Assembly: GCA_963793265.1 (NCBI GenBank)
Contig: CAWBZI010000002.1
Location: forward strand, 809,743 to 873,742
DNA from: an uncultured cyanobacterium
GTDB lineage: Bacteria > Cyanobacteriota > Cyanobacteriia > Phormidesmidales > Phormidesmidaceae
DNA length: 64,000 nt
Direction of reading: 5' to 3'
The notes under the pieces: model-generated
Told to the model about the DNA's origin: nothing
Databases searched by the model: none
Seen by the model: only the letters and a program-made list of their open reading frames with translations
Shown here: positions 29,993 to 40,870 of the stretch, in pieces
Numbering within the stretch: the stretch's first letter is position 1
Layout: each line of letters opens with the position of its first letter
Translations under genes and position numbers: made by a program

Positions 29993-31336
29993 ATGCTCGC
30001 CCTCAACACTCTACTCGCCGATACGCTATCTATACTGATTGGCGCAGGTAGCCTTGCTTTTTATATTGCTGCCTTCTTTTATCCCGAAGTGCGCCGCCAG
30101 TCGGATACGTGGTGGAGCGGAATCGGTGTGTTTTATGCCCTCGTTCTGTGGTTTAGCGCTGGGCAAATGACTGCTGCAATTTTGTTAGCGCAAATTGCCG
30201 CTGTGGCCCTGGTTTTTGGCTTAGGCTGGCAGGTACTCATCGTCCGCCGCCAAAAGACGCCGGTTTATCAGCAGACGCCGGTTGTCGTAACGCCTGAAGT
30301 GGTGGGCAATTGGACTAAAAACAAGCTCAATCAGCTTAGGATTGCGCCCGCCGAACCCGTGCCGCTTCAGCTAGAAAAACGCAGCCTGAGCGAATTTTCG
30401 ACAGAAGGGCTAGGGGTACGCTCCGACCCACGCCGCCGTCCGGTGTACGACTATGAATTTGTCGAAGACGGCATTGCTGATGAGGTCAGCAAACTAGAGG
30501 CAGCGCCCGATCCTCAGCTTGCGCTGGATTTGGCTTTGGAAAGTGAAAGTGAAGTAGACTACGCTGCGCCACCTTCGGCTGAAGCGGAAGTAATTTCGGT
30601 TGAGGTGCCAGAGCCAGTCGAAGTGCCAGAGCCAGTTGAAGTGCCAAAGCCAGTTGAAGTGCCAAAGCCAGTTGAAGTGCCCAAATCAGTTGCAGAGTTA
30701 GAGCTGGTAGAGGTTCCTGAAGCAGAGGAGGCGATCGCCCTCGATGAATCTACCGCTGAACCCACTGCTGAAGTCAACCAATCACCAGAAAGTGACGAGC
30801 CAAAAGAACCTGAGTCAGCAGACCTAGAGCTAGCTGATATAGAGCAGACTGCGGAAGTCGCAGCAGATGAAATCGGTGAAGTTGAGGCCGTTATTGAAAG
30901 CTTAAATGAAGGTAGTACTGAAGCAGTCAATACCGATAGCAGCGATGAGGCAGACGATTGGGACGACGATATTTTTGAAGAAAGCCCAAAGGCTACAGTC
31001 ACTTCTACAGTCACTCAAGCCACTGACACTCAAGCCACTGAGAATCGAGACATCGAAGATCAGGGCATCGAAGATCGGGGCATCGAAGACAGAGACGATC
31101 CTAAACCCCTTCTACAGCCAAAGAAAAAACCTGGCCCGCTCGAAATACCCGTTATCTTAGTCGGCTGGATCAAAGACGTTATAACATCCTTTACAAAGCC
31201 CAAACCCTCAAAGCCCGTCATTGATATTCCGCGACGAGAGCCCTCTATTCAGCCTAATAAAGGATCTCAACCGCCAGAAACCAGACATCCAGAGCCCGAT
31301 ACTGACAACTGGGAAGAAAGCAACTGGGATGATTAG
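29993..31336 (+). CDS. Ycf66-like N-terminal membrane domain with long acidic low-complexity tail
   Basis: AFFYPEVRRQSDTWWSGIGVFYALVLW...LGWQ...RR followed by an E/P-rich tail. Confidence 0.75.
   Translation: MLALNTLLADTLSILIGAGSLAFYIAAFFYPEVRRQSDTWWSGIGVFYALVLWFSAGQMTAAILLAQIAAVALVFGLGWQVLIVRRQKTPVYQQTPVVVTPEVVGNWTKNKLNQLRIAPAEPVPLQLEKRSLSEFSTEGLGVRSDPRRRPVYDYEFVEDGIADEVSKLEAAPDPQLALDLALESESEVDYAAPPSAEAEVISVEVPEPVEVPEPVEVPKPVEVPKPVEVPKSVAELELVEVPEAEEAIALDESTAEPTAEVNQSPESDEPKEPESADLELADIEQTAEVAADEIGEVEAVIESLNEGSTEAVNTDSSDEADDWDDDIFEESPKATVTSTVTQATDTQATENRDIEDQGIEDRGIEDRDDPKPLLQPKKKPGPLEIPVILVGWIKDVITSFTKPKPSKPVIDIPRREPSIQPNKGSQPPETRHPEPDTDNWEESNWDD
30599..30688 (+). repeat. 18-bp tandem repeat x5 encoding VEVP(E/K)P
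   Basis: Consecutive GTYGARGTGCCARAGCCA-like units. Confidence 0.85.
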
Positions 31337-31418
31337 CTTGAAGCGATCGCATCCTTCAAGGCAGAATGACCTAATTGCCGCAACGCTGCTAGCCCTAAAC
31401 CCTAACGCCATAACAACC

Positions 31419-34322
31419 GTGAGTGAATCCAAAAGCTACAAAGAAACCGTTCTACTGCCTCAAACCGACTTTAGTATGCGGGCTAATGCGGTAAAGCGTG
31501 AGCCTGAGCTGCAAGCCTACTGGCAAGAGAAAAAGATTTACGAAAAGCTCGCTGAGAGTAATCCTGGCGAGCCCTTTATCCTTCACGACGGCCCGCCCTA
31601 TGCAAACGGCGATTTGCACATGGGCCACGCGCTCAACAAAATTCTCAAAGACATCATCAATAAATATCAGATGTTGCAGGGGCGTAAGGTGCGCTATGTG
31701 CCCGGCTGGGACTGTCACGGCCTGCCAATTGAGCTAAAGGTGCTGCAAAAGCTGAAGTCTTCAGTGCGTCGGGAGCTAACGCCGCTTTCTCTCCGGCAAA
31801 AGGCAAAAGGATTTGCGCTAGAAACGGTCGAAAAGCAAAGTGCAGGCTTTCAGCGCTACGGCGTGTGGGGCGATTGGGATCATCCTTATCTAACGCTTCA
31901 GCCCGAGTACGAAGCAGCGCAGCTTGGCGTGTTTGGCAAAATGGTTGAAAACGGCCATATTTACCGGGGTCTTAGAACCGTTCACTGGAGCCCATCGTCA
32001 CAAACGGCCCTGGCTGAAGCTGAGCTGGAGTACCCCGAAGAGCACATTTCACCCAGTATCTACATCGCCTTTCCGATGGTAGAAGCGGCGGAGAGTGCTA
32101 GAGAAACGCTCGCGCCTTATCTAGATAATTTGGGCGTAGCGATTTGGACAACGACGCCCTGGACAATTCCTGGGAACGTGGCCGTGTCGGTGAATGCTGA
32201 GCTGGACTATGCGGTGGTAGAAAGCGCCTCGGGCGAGCCGTTCAAGTACTTGATCGTGGCGAAAGAGCTGGCTGGAAAGCTTTCGGAGACGTTTGGCAGT
32301 GGATTGAGCGTGGTCGCTGAGCTGAAAGGATCGGCTTTGGCAGGCTCTACCTACCAGCATCCGCTGGCCAAGAAGGACGATGTATTCGATCGGGTAAGTC
32401 CGATTGTGGTGGGCGGCGATTATGTCACCACTGAGTCGGGTACGGGGCTGGTGCATACGGCTCCGGGGCACGGGCAGGAAGACTTTGCGGTGGGCCAAAG
32501 AGAAGCGCTGCCGATTTTGGTGCCGGTAGATGAGCGCGGGAATTTTACGGCGGAGGCAGGCTCGTTTGAAGGGCTCAATGTGCTAAAGACGGCGAATGAC
32601 GCGATTATTGAGGCGCTGGGTGAGCAAAAGGTGCTGCTAAAGCATGAGCCTTACGCGCACAAGTATCCGTACGACTGGCGGACGAAAAAGCCGGTGATTT
32701 ATCGGGCCACAGAGCAGTGGTTTGCGTCGGTGAAGGGGTTTGTAGGAGAGGCGATCGCGGCTGTTGAAGCGGTCACCTGGATTCCGGCGCAGGGCCAGAA
32801 CCGCATTACGGCGATGGTGTCTGAGCGCTCGGACTGGTGCATTTCACGGCAAAGAAGCTGGGGCGTCCCGATTCCTGTGTTCTATGACGAAGCCACGGGC
32901 GAGCCGCTGATGACCTCAGAGACGATTGCGCATGTGCAGGCGATCGTGGCCGAAAAAGGATCCGACGCCTGGTGGGAAATGAGCGTAGAGGAGCTGCTGC
33001 CTGACGCCTATCGTAATGATGGTAAAACCTACGTTAAAGGCACCGACACCATGGACGTATGGTTTGACTCGGGCTCGTCCTGGGCGGCGGTATGCAAGCA
33101 GCGCGAAGGCTTAGAGTATCCCGCCGAAATTTATCTAGAAGGCTCTGACCAGCATCGCGGCTGGTTCCAGTCGAGCCTGCTCACAAGCGTAGCGAGCAAT
33201 GGCCATGCGCCCTACCGGCAGGTGCTCACTCACGGCTACGTGCTCGACGAAAACGGGCGCAAAATGAGTAAATCACTCGGCAACGGCGTTGATCCACGCG
33301 TGATTATTGAAGGTGGCAATAATAAAAAGCAGGAGCCGCCTTACGGGGCTGACGTGCTCAGGCTGTGGGTGTCTTCAGTAGACTACTCTGGCGATATGCG
33401 CTTAGGAATGCGCAACGTCAAGCAGATGTCGGACGTGTATCGCAAGATTCGCAACACCGCTCGCTTTTTGCTGGGCAATTTGCACGATTTTGACCCGGCT
33501 AAAGACGCGGTGCCCTATGACCAAATGCCCGAACTCGATCGGTACATGCTGCATCGGATGACCGAGGTGTTTGCAGAAGTAAAAGAGGCGTTTGAAACCT
33601 ATCAGTTCTTCCAGTTTTTCCAGACGGTGCAGAATTTCTGTGTGGTGGATCTGTCGAACTTCTATTTAGATATCGCTAAGGATCGTTTGTACATTAGCGC
33701 GGCGGACTCTGTGCGCAGGCGGAGCTGTCAGACGGTACTGGCGGTGGCGATTGAGAATTTGGCGAAGGCGATCGCCCCCGTCCTCGTACACATGGCCGAA
33801 GACATCTGGCAGTCACTTCCGTATGAAACGCCCACTGAATCGGTGTTTGAATCAGGCTGGGTGACCCTAGAAGATCAGTGGCAGCGGCCTGAGCTAGTTG
33901 AAAAATGGAGTCAGCTCCGGCAGCTCCGCGATGAGGCCAACACCGTTTTAGAGCGGGCGCGAGCTGACAAAGCGATCGGCTCTTCTTTAGAGGCCAAGAT
34001 CAAGCTATTTATTGAAGACTCGGCGCTCCGTGATGAGGTGGCGAAAATGAACCCGGCGCAAAGCGTTGAGTCTGAGGCTAATCACGTGGATGAGCTGCGC
34101 TATTTATTTTTAGTCTCTCAAGTAGAGATGGTGAAAAGCGTGGATGATATGCAGGGACTCCCATATATCGGTAGCGGCGGGAACGGGATGACGGTGGCCG
34201 TGATGGACGCAGAGGGGGAGAAGTGCGATCGCTGCTGGAACTATTCAACGCAGGTAGGCAAATCGGCAGAGCATCCGACTATTTGCGATCGCTGCGTGGC
34301 CGCGCTTGACGGAAAGTTCTAA
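31419..34322 (+). CDS. ileS: Isoleucine--tRNA ligase
   Basis: HDGPPYANGDLHMGH, WDCHGLPIE, WTTTPWT, KMSKS and C-terminal zinc finger. Likely start is GTG 31419. Confidence 0.97.
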   Translation: MSESKSYKETVLLPQTDFSMRANAVKREPELQAYWQEKKIYEKLAESNPGEPFILHDGPPYANGDLHMGHALNKILKDIINKYQMLQGRKVRYVPGWDCHGLPIELKVLQKLKSSVRRELTPLSLRQKAKGFALETVEKQSAGFQRYGVWGDWDHPYLTLQPEYEAAQLGVFGKMVENGHIYRGLRTVHWSPSSQTALAEAELEYPEEHISPSIYIAFPMVEAAESARETLAPYLDNLGVAIWTTTPWTIPGNVAVSVNAELDYAVVESASGEPFKYLIVAKELAGKLSETFGSGLSVVAELKGSALAGSTYQHPLAKKDDVFDRVSPIVVGGDYVTTESGTGLVHTAPGHGQEDFAVGQREALPILVPVDERGNFTAEAGSFEGLNVLKTANDAIIEALGEQKVLLKHEPYAHKYPYDWRTKKPVIYRATEQWFASVKGFVGEAIAAVEAVTWIPAQGQNRITAMVSERSDWCISRQRSWGVPIPVFYDEATGEPLMTSETIAHVQAIVAEKGSDAWWEMSVEELLPDAYRNDGKTYVKGTDTMDVWFDSGSSWAAVCKQREGLEYPAEIYLEGSDQHRGWFQSSLLTSVASNGHAPYRQVLTHGYVLDENGRKMSKSLGNGVDPRVIIEGGNNKKQEPPYGADVLRLWVSSVDYSGDMRLGMRNVKQMSDVYRKIRNTARFLLGNLHDFDPAKDAVPYDQMPELDRYMLHRMTEVFAEVKEAFETYQFFQFFQTVQNFCVVDLSNFYLDIAKDRLYISAADSVRRRSCQTVLAVAIENLAKAIAPVLVHMAEDIWQSLPYETPTESVFESGWVTLEDQWQRPELVEKWSQLRQLRDEANTVLERARADKAIGSSLEAKIKLFIEDSALRDEVAKMNPAQSVESEANHVDELRYLFLVSQVEMVKSVDDMQGLPYIGSGGNGMTVAVMDAEGEKCDRCWNYSTQVGKSAEHPTICDRCVAALDGKF

Positions 34323-34618
34323 AGGAGAAAGTTGAGTAAAGGAAGGGTTTAGCTTTTGCGTGGTAAATGTGACAAATAGATACCACGGTTCCGGCAGTCT
34401 ACGGATTGCCAAATGCCTCTCTTTATTAACATTTGGTGAGCGCCTAATTAGCTTCACAAAAGCTTTCCAAAAGAGTGCTTTCCTTATAAGCCGTCAGTAA
34501 AGCGAGTCGGTAAAATGCCCGCTCACTTTACGAGTTTGCTATGCTTAGCTGGTAATTCTACCTACCGGCGGGTTAGTTACGTAGCTATTTGCCCGCCGAT
34601 AAAATCTACTAGGGCAAC

Positions 34619-35684
34619 ATGAGCCACTCAAGCTTACCTTCAGCGCCGACGCCGAATCTCTCAGTGGTCATCCCGGTATACAACGGTGGCGAAGCCTTTC
34701 AAGCGATGCCTGGTGGCACTAGCACGCTGGTCAACGCCGTCTATGGAGGTGATTGTCGTCTCAGATGGCGACTCGGACGGAAGCTGGCGAGTGGCTGAAA
34801 CCTTTGGCGCACAGGTGATCCGCTTGAGCGAATCTAAAGGCCCGGCGCGCGCGCGAAACGTAGGCGCTAAGGCTGCTAAGGGCGACATTGTTTTCTTTGT
34901 CGATGCTGATGTCGAAATCCTGCCGGGCACGCTGGGCCGCGTCATCGAAAGCTTTCGCGCGAATCCTCAGCTAACGGCGCTCATTGGCTCCTACGACGAC
35001 GCGCCCGGTGCGCCCAACTTTCTCTCTCAATACAAAAATCTCTTTCACCACTACACGCACCAAACCGCCTGCTTAGATGCCTCTACCTTTTGGGGAGCCT
35101 GCGGCGCGATTCGTCGGCCTATTTTCCAGGCAGTCGGCGGCTTCGATGAACACTACCGCAGGCCCTGCATCGAAGATATTGAGCTGGGCTACCGGCTAAA
35201 GCGGGCAGGCCACCTCATTCATCTGCGCAAAGATATTCAGGTCAAGCATTTGAAGCGGTGGACGCCCGTTTCGCTACTGCGCGCCGATGTGTTTTACCGA
35301 GCCCTGCCGTGGACGGCCCTATTATTACAGGTTCGCCAGCACCATCCTGCACAGTACGAGCGATTTACGAGTGATCTAAATCTTAAGTGGAATAGCCGAA
35401 TTAGTGTGATGCTGGTCTATGGTTTGCTGCTGTCGGTTGCGATCGCGCCCTGGCAAAATAGCACCCTGCTCGTAGCCGTCTTATTCGGTGTGGCCTTAAT
35501 CCTGATCAACCTTCCGGTCTATCAGTTCTTCAGTCGAAAACGCGGCTGGTTATTTGCACTTCAAACCGTACCCTGGCACTGGCTGTACTTTTTCTACAGC
35601 GGACTCGCCTACGCGATCACCCTGGTGCGCCATCAGCTCCGTCAACACCTACCCACCCACACGATTCGTCAGCAGCCCAACTAA
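34619..35684 (+). CDS. GT2 glycosyltransferase with C-terminal TMs (frameshift near 34700)
   Basis: ATG 34619 gives LSVVIPVYNGGE; the rest (GPARARN, FVDAD, GGFDE, EDIELG) is in the 34686 frame. Confidence 0.88.
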
Positions 35685-35743
35685 CCGTTCAGCCGTTAGT
35701 ATCAACCGTCTTACACTCACACTTTTTCAGGGGTTTTCCACAA

Positions 35744-37225
35744 ATGGTTTCCAGCACTGTTGTTATCGGCGCAGGCCCAGCGGGTTTGGTCACCGCTTAC
35801 GAACTGGTCAAGAACGGCGAGCAGGCAACCGTATTAGAGCAGTCTGATAAAGTTGGCGGCATCTCTCGCACTGAGACATACAAAGGCTACCGCTTCGACA
35901 TTGGCGGGCATCGTTTTTTTACCAAGGTAGGCGAAGTTCAAGAACTGTGGAAAGAGATTTTGGGCGACGACTTTATTCAAGTGCCGCGCATGTCTCGGAT
36001 TTACTATCGCAACCGTTTTTTTGACTATCCTCTATCAATCACCAACACCCTCAAGAACTTAGGCCCAATCGATAGCTCGCTCATTGTCTTGAGCTACTTA
36101 AAGGCCCGCGCCCAGGCCAAGCTCAACCCCGATGTAGAAGCTGATAACTTTGAAGAGTGGGTCACAGAGCGCTTTGGCTCTCGTCTGTATCGCACCTTTT
36201 TCAAGTCATACACCGAGAAAGTATGGGGCATTCCCTGCGACAAAATTCAGGCAGAATGGGCAGCGCAGCGGATCAAAGGGCTTTCGCTTTCTAAAGCGGT
36301 AATCAATGCGATGTTTGGCAGCAACGATACCAAAACGCTGATTAAAGAGTTTGACTATCCGGTGCTAGGCCCCGGCATGATGTGGGAGAAGTGTCAGTCT
36401 CTCATTGAAGAAACCGGTTCTGTTGTGGCAATGAATACGCGCGCTTTAAAAGTAGAACGCACGGGGATGAAGATCGACCGGGTGATTGCGCAAAAGAATA
36501 CCGCAGCCGGTAGCGAGACTTTTGAAGTCACAGGCGATAATTTTGTCTCTAGTATGCCGGTGAGTGCTTTGGTAAAGCGGCTCGATCCACCAGCACCGCC
36601 TGAAGTGCTAGAAGCGGCAAATGGGCTCAAGTATCGGGACTTTTTGATTGTGCCGATTGTAGTGGATATTAAATCTTTGTTTCCTGACAACTGGATTTAT
36701 ATTCACAGCCCAGAGTTTAGAGTGGGCCGCATTCAGAACTTTAAGAACTGGAGCGAGGCGATGGTGCCAGACTTAAGCAAAACCTGCTTGGGGATGGAGT
36801 ACTTTTGTAGCGAAGGCGACGATATTTGGGAGAGAGACGACGCAGCGCTAATCCAGCTTGCGAGTGAAGAGATTGTTGGATTAGGACTGGTGCCTGATAT
36901 CAGTATGGTAGAAGATGGCACGGTGATTCGGCAGAAGAAGGCTTATCCGGTTTATGACGGTGAGTATCGCAAGCATTTAGCCGTCTTGCAAGACTATATG
37001 GAAGGCTTTGAGAACTTGCAGACGGTGGGTCGTAATGGGATGCATCGGTATAATAATCAGGATCATTCGATGCTGACGGGGCTATTGGCTGCGAAGAATA
37101 TTTTGGGTGAGGAGCATGATCTGTGGGGGATTAATACGGAGCGCTCTTATCATGAAGACTTTACGAAAGAGCAGTGGGCGAAGCTAAAAGAAGAGAAGGA
37201 GAGAGAGTTGAGTGCTGCGAGGTAG
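35744..37225 (+). CDS. FAD-dependent oxidoreductase (amine oxidase/PPO/sugar mutase superfamily)
   Basis: Motifs IGAGPAG, GGISRT, FDIGGHRFFTK, YTEKVWG and GRNGMHRYNNQDHSM. Confidence 0.85.
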   Translation: MVSSTVVIGAGPAGLVTAYELVKNGEQATVLEQSDKVGGISRTETYKGYRFDIGGHRFFTKVGEVQELWKEILGDDFIQVPRMSRIYYRNRFFDYPLSITNTLKNLGPIDSSLIVLSYLKARAQAKLNPDVEADNFEEWVTERFGSRLYRTFFKSYTEKVWGIPCDKIQAEWAAQRIKGLSLSKAVINAMFGSNDTKTLIKEFDYPVLGPGMMWEKCQSLIEETGSVVAMNTRALKVERTGMKIDRVIAQKNTAAGSETFEVTGDNFVSSMPVSALVKRLDPPAPPEVLEAANGLKYRDFLIVPIVVDIKSLFPDNWIYIHSPEFRVGRIQNFKNWSEAMVPDLSKTCLGMEYFCSEGDDIWERDDAALIQLASEEIVGLGLVPDISMVEDGTVIRQKKAYPVYDGEYRKHLAVLQDYMEGFENLQTVGRNGMHRYNNQDHSMLTGLLAAKNILGEEHDLWGINTERSYHEDFTKEQWAKLKEEKERELSAAR

Positions 37226-37371
37226 GAGAGGAGGGCACGGTGGTGTCTGTTCTAGCGTTATACGTCGGAAACCCACCAACGCTAAACACAGACAGTCAAT
37301 AAATCCAGACAAACACAAACACAACAAAGCAAAGAAGTGTTCTAACCCCTACATATCGCCCTCAAAACACC

Positions 37372-38442
37372 ATGCTCCCTACTCAATCAGCAGCAGCAAC
37401 AAACTTACAAACCTCGATTAAAAGCCCTCTCAGCTTTTCAATCATTATCGAAACCGAGAATCTGGCCAGCGCAGACCTCCCCGGACTCTTTCGCAGCCTG
37501 GACGCTTTAAAGAACCAAACCCTCTCCCCCCTCCAGGCCAAAGAAGTCCTGCTAGTCGAAACAGGCGATGTGCCGCCCGAACTGCTCAATCAAATTCGCC
37601 AGCAGTATCCCTGGGTCACCCCTCGGCGCATTGACCCCAGACTGGAATACTATCAGGCCAAGATGCGCGGCGTGGAACTCACCACCGGAGAGGCCGTGGT
37701 TCTGTTTGACTCAGACTGCGTGTACAACCCCGGCTGGCTGGCTGCGATGCTGACGCCGTTTGCACGAGACGAGGTGCAGATGGTCGCTGGCGAAACGTCG
37801 ATGAATATTACCGGGCCGTATGAGATGGCGATGGCGATCGCATACATCTTCCCCCGCTACAGCGAGCCCGCCGCCAACAGCCAGAATAACAGCCAGCTAA
37901 AGCCCACAGGCGGCTACTTCTGCAACAATGTAGTGTTCAAGCGATCGCTCCTCACCCAGCTCCCTATCCCCGGCAAACTTCCTGCCTACCGGGGCAACTG
38001 CGTCATCCACGCTCACCAGCTCGCGGCCAATCAGCACACCATCTGGCAGCAGCCGCAGGCCCAGGCCCTCCACGCACCGCCCAACGGCCTAGCCCACTTC
38101 ACCTCGCGCTTTCTCATGCTCGGCTACGACGCACTGTGCGTCTCCCGCTTTGCCGCCGACCCGATGGCCGAAATAGATCCCGATCGCCCCGGCACCTTTC
38201 GCCCGCTGCGAGACTTAGCCGTTGCCGTCATGATTTTGATAGGCCAGCTCAAAACCTATGCGCAGCGGATTGTTCTTATTCTGCGTGAAGATATTCGCTA
38301 TGCTCTGTACCTACCGCTAGCGCTACCCATTAGTGCAACAGCTCTGGCACTTTATACTGTCGGCCTAGTCATCGCCTACGTCAGACCGGCCTTTTGGCTG
38401 AACAACAAAGCCGCCTTAGAAACCCTGCTCGAACACTCATGA
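37372..38442 (+). CDS. GT2 glycosyltransferase
   Basis: FSIIIET, FDSDCVY (DxD) and C-terminal TM helices. Confidence 0.8.
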   Translation: MLPTQSAAATNLQTSIKSPLSFSIIIETENLASADLPGLFRSLDALKNQTLSPLQAKEVLLVETGDVPPELLNQIRQQYPWVTPRRIDPRLEYYQAKMRGVELTTGEAVVLFDSDCVYNPGWLAAMLTPFARDEVQMVAGETSMNITGPYEMAMAIAYIFPRYSEPAANSQNNSQLKPTGGYFCNNVVFKRSLLTQLPIPGKLPAYRGNCVIHAHQLAANQHTIWQQPQAQALHAPPNGLAHFTSRFLMLGYDALCVSRFAADPMAEIDPDRPGTFRPLRDLAVAVMILIGQLKTYAQRIVLILREDIRYALYLPLALPISATALALYTVGLVIAYVRPAFWLNNKAALETLLEHS

Positions 38443-39917
38443 GTAAGGACGCTGGCCGTAGCTTTGGCCGTAATTTTATCGGCGGCACCTTTTGGGTGTT
38501 CTTAGCTGAGGCGCTGATTTTTCCGACCGGGCTGGTGACAGCAGGCATCTTAACGCGGCGGCTGGGGACGGATGGCTATGGCGTGCTGACGCTGGTGGCG
38601 GTGCTGGTGAGCTGGATAGAGTGGACGATTACGTCTATTTTTTCACGGACGGCGATTAAGTTTGTCAGCGATGCTGAAGACTGGCGACCCGTGGGCACGG
38701 TGATTGCGCAGCTTCACTTTGGGCTGGGGGCTGTGGCGACGGTGGCGCTGTGGGTGTTTGCCCAGCCGATTGCAAGGCTGTTGGATATTCCAACGTTTGC
38801 GCCCTATCTGCGGCTGTTTGCCCTCGATATTCCGATTTTTTGTTTGGCCTATGCGCACCGGCAGCTATTGGTGGGGCGAGGGTTGTTTCGAGTGCGGGCG
38901 ATCGCTTCTGCCGGGCGGTGGACGATGCGACTGGTTCTGATTGCGCTGCTTGTAGGTTACGCAGACTGGTCAATCGAAGGGGCCATCATCGGCAGCTTAG
39001 GCGCATCGGTCGTGGAGCTGATGGTAGCTCGCTGGTTTATTCGGCCTCCTTTATTGCAGCAGTCAAGCTATCCGCCACAGCGATTGTTTGGCTATGCCCT
39101 GCCGCTGTTTTTGTTTGCGACCAGCCTGCGTCTGTTCGACAAGCTCGATCTGTTCATGCTGAAGATTCTAGGCGGCACAGTCGCAGAGGCAGGCGTGTAT
39201 GGAGCCGCTCAGAACCTGGCTTTTGTGCCAGGAATCTTTGCACTTTCGTTTTCACCGCTGCTGCTCTCTACGCTCAATAGCACGCTCAGATCGGGAGACT
39301 TAGTGCAGGCTAAGCAACTGGGCTTAAATTCAGTGCGAACGGTGATTGCGTTACTGCCGTTTGCAGCGCTGGCAGCGGCGGCTTCGGTGTCGATTGTCAG
39401 CGTTGTTTATGGTAAAGACTTTGCGGTGGCTGGGCCAGTGCTGGCGGTGCTGATTTTTGCGGCGATGGCGCTGGTGATGATTTCGGTGGTGACGGCGATT
39501 TTGACGGCGGCGGGCAGACCTTATTTAACGGCGATTTTGGTTGCGCCGATGCTGCCGCTCTCAGCGGTGGGGTATGGGCTATTTGTGCCAAGCTACGGGG
39601 CGATGGGAGCCTGCTGGGTGAATTTAGGCGCGGCGGCTACGGGTGCGGTGGCGGCAATGGGGGCGCTGTACCAGATTTGGCGGATTTCGGTGCCGGTGAC
39701 GACGTGCGCTAGGAGTGCGATCGCCTGCGTTTTGATTCATGCGATCGCGATTCGTTGGATCACTCCCGATCCCTCTTTTGTCCTCAAGATTCTGTTGCTT
39801 TCTGGCATGATTCCAGTAGTCCTGTTCTGCCTGGGCGAACTCAATAAATCTGAGCGCCAGCTTATCGGCGGTTGGATTATGCAGCAGCGCTGGATTAAGC
39901 GGCTCAGGATGAAGTAA
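38439..39917 (+). CDS. Wzx-type oligosaccharide flippase
   Basis: Many TM segments with LTRRLGTDGYG, DKLDLFML, AGVYGAA and YGAMGA. Confidence 0.85.
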   Translation: MSKDAGRSFGRNFIGGTFWVFLAEALIFPTGLVTAGILTRRLGTDGYGVLTLVAVLVSWIEWTITSIFSRTAIKFVSDAEDWRPVGTVIAQLHFGLGAVATVALWVFAQPIARLLDIPTFAPYLRLFALDIPIFCLAYAHRQLLVGRGLFRVRAIASAGRWTMRLVLIALLVGYADWSIEGAIIGSLGASVVELMVARWFIRPPLLQQSSYPPQRLFGYALPLFLFATSLRLFDKLDLFMLKILGGTVAEAGVYGAAQNLAFVPGIFALSFSPLLLSTLNSTLRSGDLVQAKQLGLNSVRTVIALLPFAALAAAASVSIVSVVYGKDFAVAGPVLAVLIFAAMALVMISVVTAILTAAGRPYLTAILVAPMLPLSAVGYGLFVPSYGAMGACWVNLGAAATGAVAAMGALYQIWRISVPVTTCARSAIACVLIHAIAIRWITPDPSFVLKILLLSGMIPVVLFCLGELNKSERQLIGGWIMQQRWIKRLRMK

Positions 39918-40826
39918 GTGAATAAGATGACTTCACTGGTTTCTGTCATTATCCCGGTATACAACGACGCCGAGCGCCTCAAGCTTTGCCTGGCTCGCCT
40001 CGCTGAGCAAACGTACGCATCGTATGAGGTGATCGTGGTTGATAATGGTTCGGCAGATCTCACCGCAGTAAAAGCCGTGGTGGATACCTACGAATTTGCG
40101 AGCCTGACGACAGAGGAAAGGCCGGGTTCTTATGCCGCGCGGAATCGGGGGATTGCGATCGCCCAAGGTCAGATTCTTGCTTTTACCGATGCCGACTGCA
40201 TCCCGGCAGTAGATTGGATTGAGCAGGGCGTAAGCCAGTTACAGGCGCATCCTGACTGTGGATTTGTGGCTGGGGCTATCAACATTTTCATGCGCAATCC
40301 TGATCATCCCGTAGAGCTATTTGAAAGCGTGATGGGGCTTTCTCAGCAAACGTTTGTAGCGTGCGATCATTTTGGAGCCACTGCTAATCTTTTCACCCGC
40401 CCTGATGTTTTTGAGCGCGTCGGTGTCTTTAATGCGGCGCTGAAGTCTAGCGGCGATCGCGAATGGGGACAACGTGTATTTGCCGCCGGGCTACCGCAAA
40501 TTTACGCCAAAACCGTCTGTATCGATCACCCGGCCCGTCCTTCTTTTGCCGAGCTATCGCGCCAGGCAAGCCGTCATGCAGGTGGCTTTTACGACCTCCG
40601 CTGCCGCCAAAATCCGTCTTTCATCAGCCGCAACCTCACCTATCTCAAGCTTTTAGGCTTCCATCTCATGCCACCGGTTATGTTTGCGATTTACACCGCT
40701 CGCCACCCTCAGCTCAAAACATGGCAGCAGCGGGCCAAGGTCGTCTTCACGCTGGCTTTTGTGAGGCTGATCACCATAAAGGCACTGCTATTGCTAAAGT
40801 TTGGCGGAATTGCAACGCGAGAGTAG
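39918..40826 (+). CDS. GT2 glycosyltransferase
   Basis: Motifs VSVIIPVYN, VVDNGS, AARNRG and FTDADC. Confidence 0.92.
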   Translation: MNKMTSLVSVIIPVYNDAERLKLCLARLAEQTYASYEVIVVDNGSADLTAVKAVVDTYEFASLTTEERPGSYAARNRGIAIAQGQILAFTDADCIPAVDWIEQGVSQLQAHPDCGFVAGAINIFMRNPDHPVELFESVMGLSQQTFVACDHFGATANLFTRPDVFERVGVFNAALKSSGDREWGQRVFAAGLPQIYAKTVCIDHPARPSFAELSRQASRHAGGFYDLRCRQNPSFISRNLTYLKLLGFHLMPPVMFAIYTARHPQLKTWQQRAKVVFTLAFVRLITIKALLLLKFGGIATRE

Positions 40827-40870
40827 TGAACTTCTTTTATGCTGTGGTTAAAGGTAAGAGAGAGATAAGA

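Noticed and set aside
30599..30688. Tandem repeats (also 45770-45830 and 48670-48715) as CRISPR or DGR-like arrays
   Set aside because: In-frame coding repeats without spacers; no cas or reverse transcriptase gene in the window.
31221..31418. N-terminal extension of IleS in the ORF track
   Set aside because: Overlaps the ycf66-like gene; IleS-like sequence starts at VSESKSYKETV (31419).
40463..40870. N-terminal extension of the 675 aa ORF
   Set aside because: Overlaps the GT2 gene in another frame.
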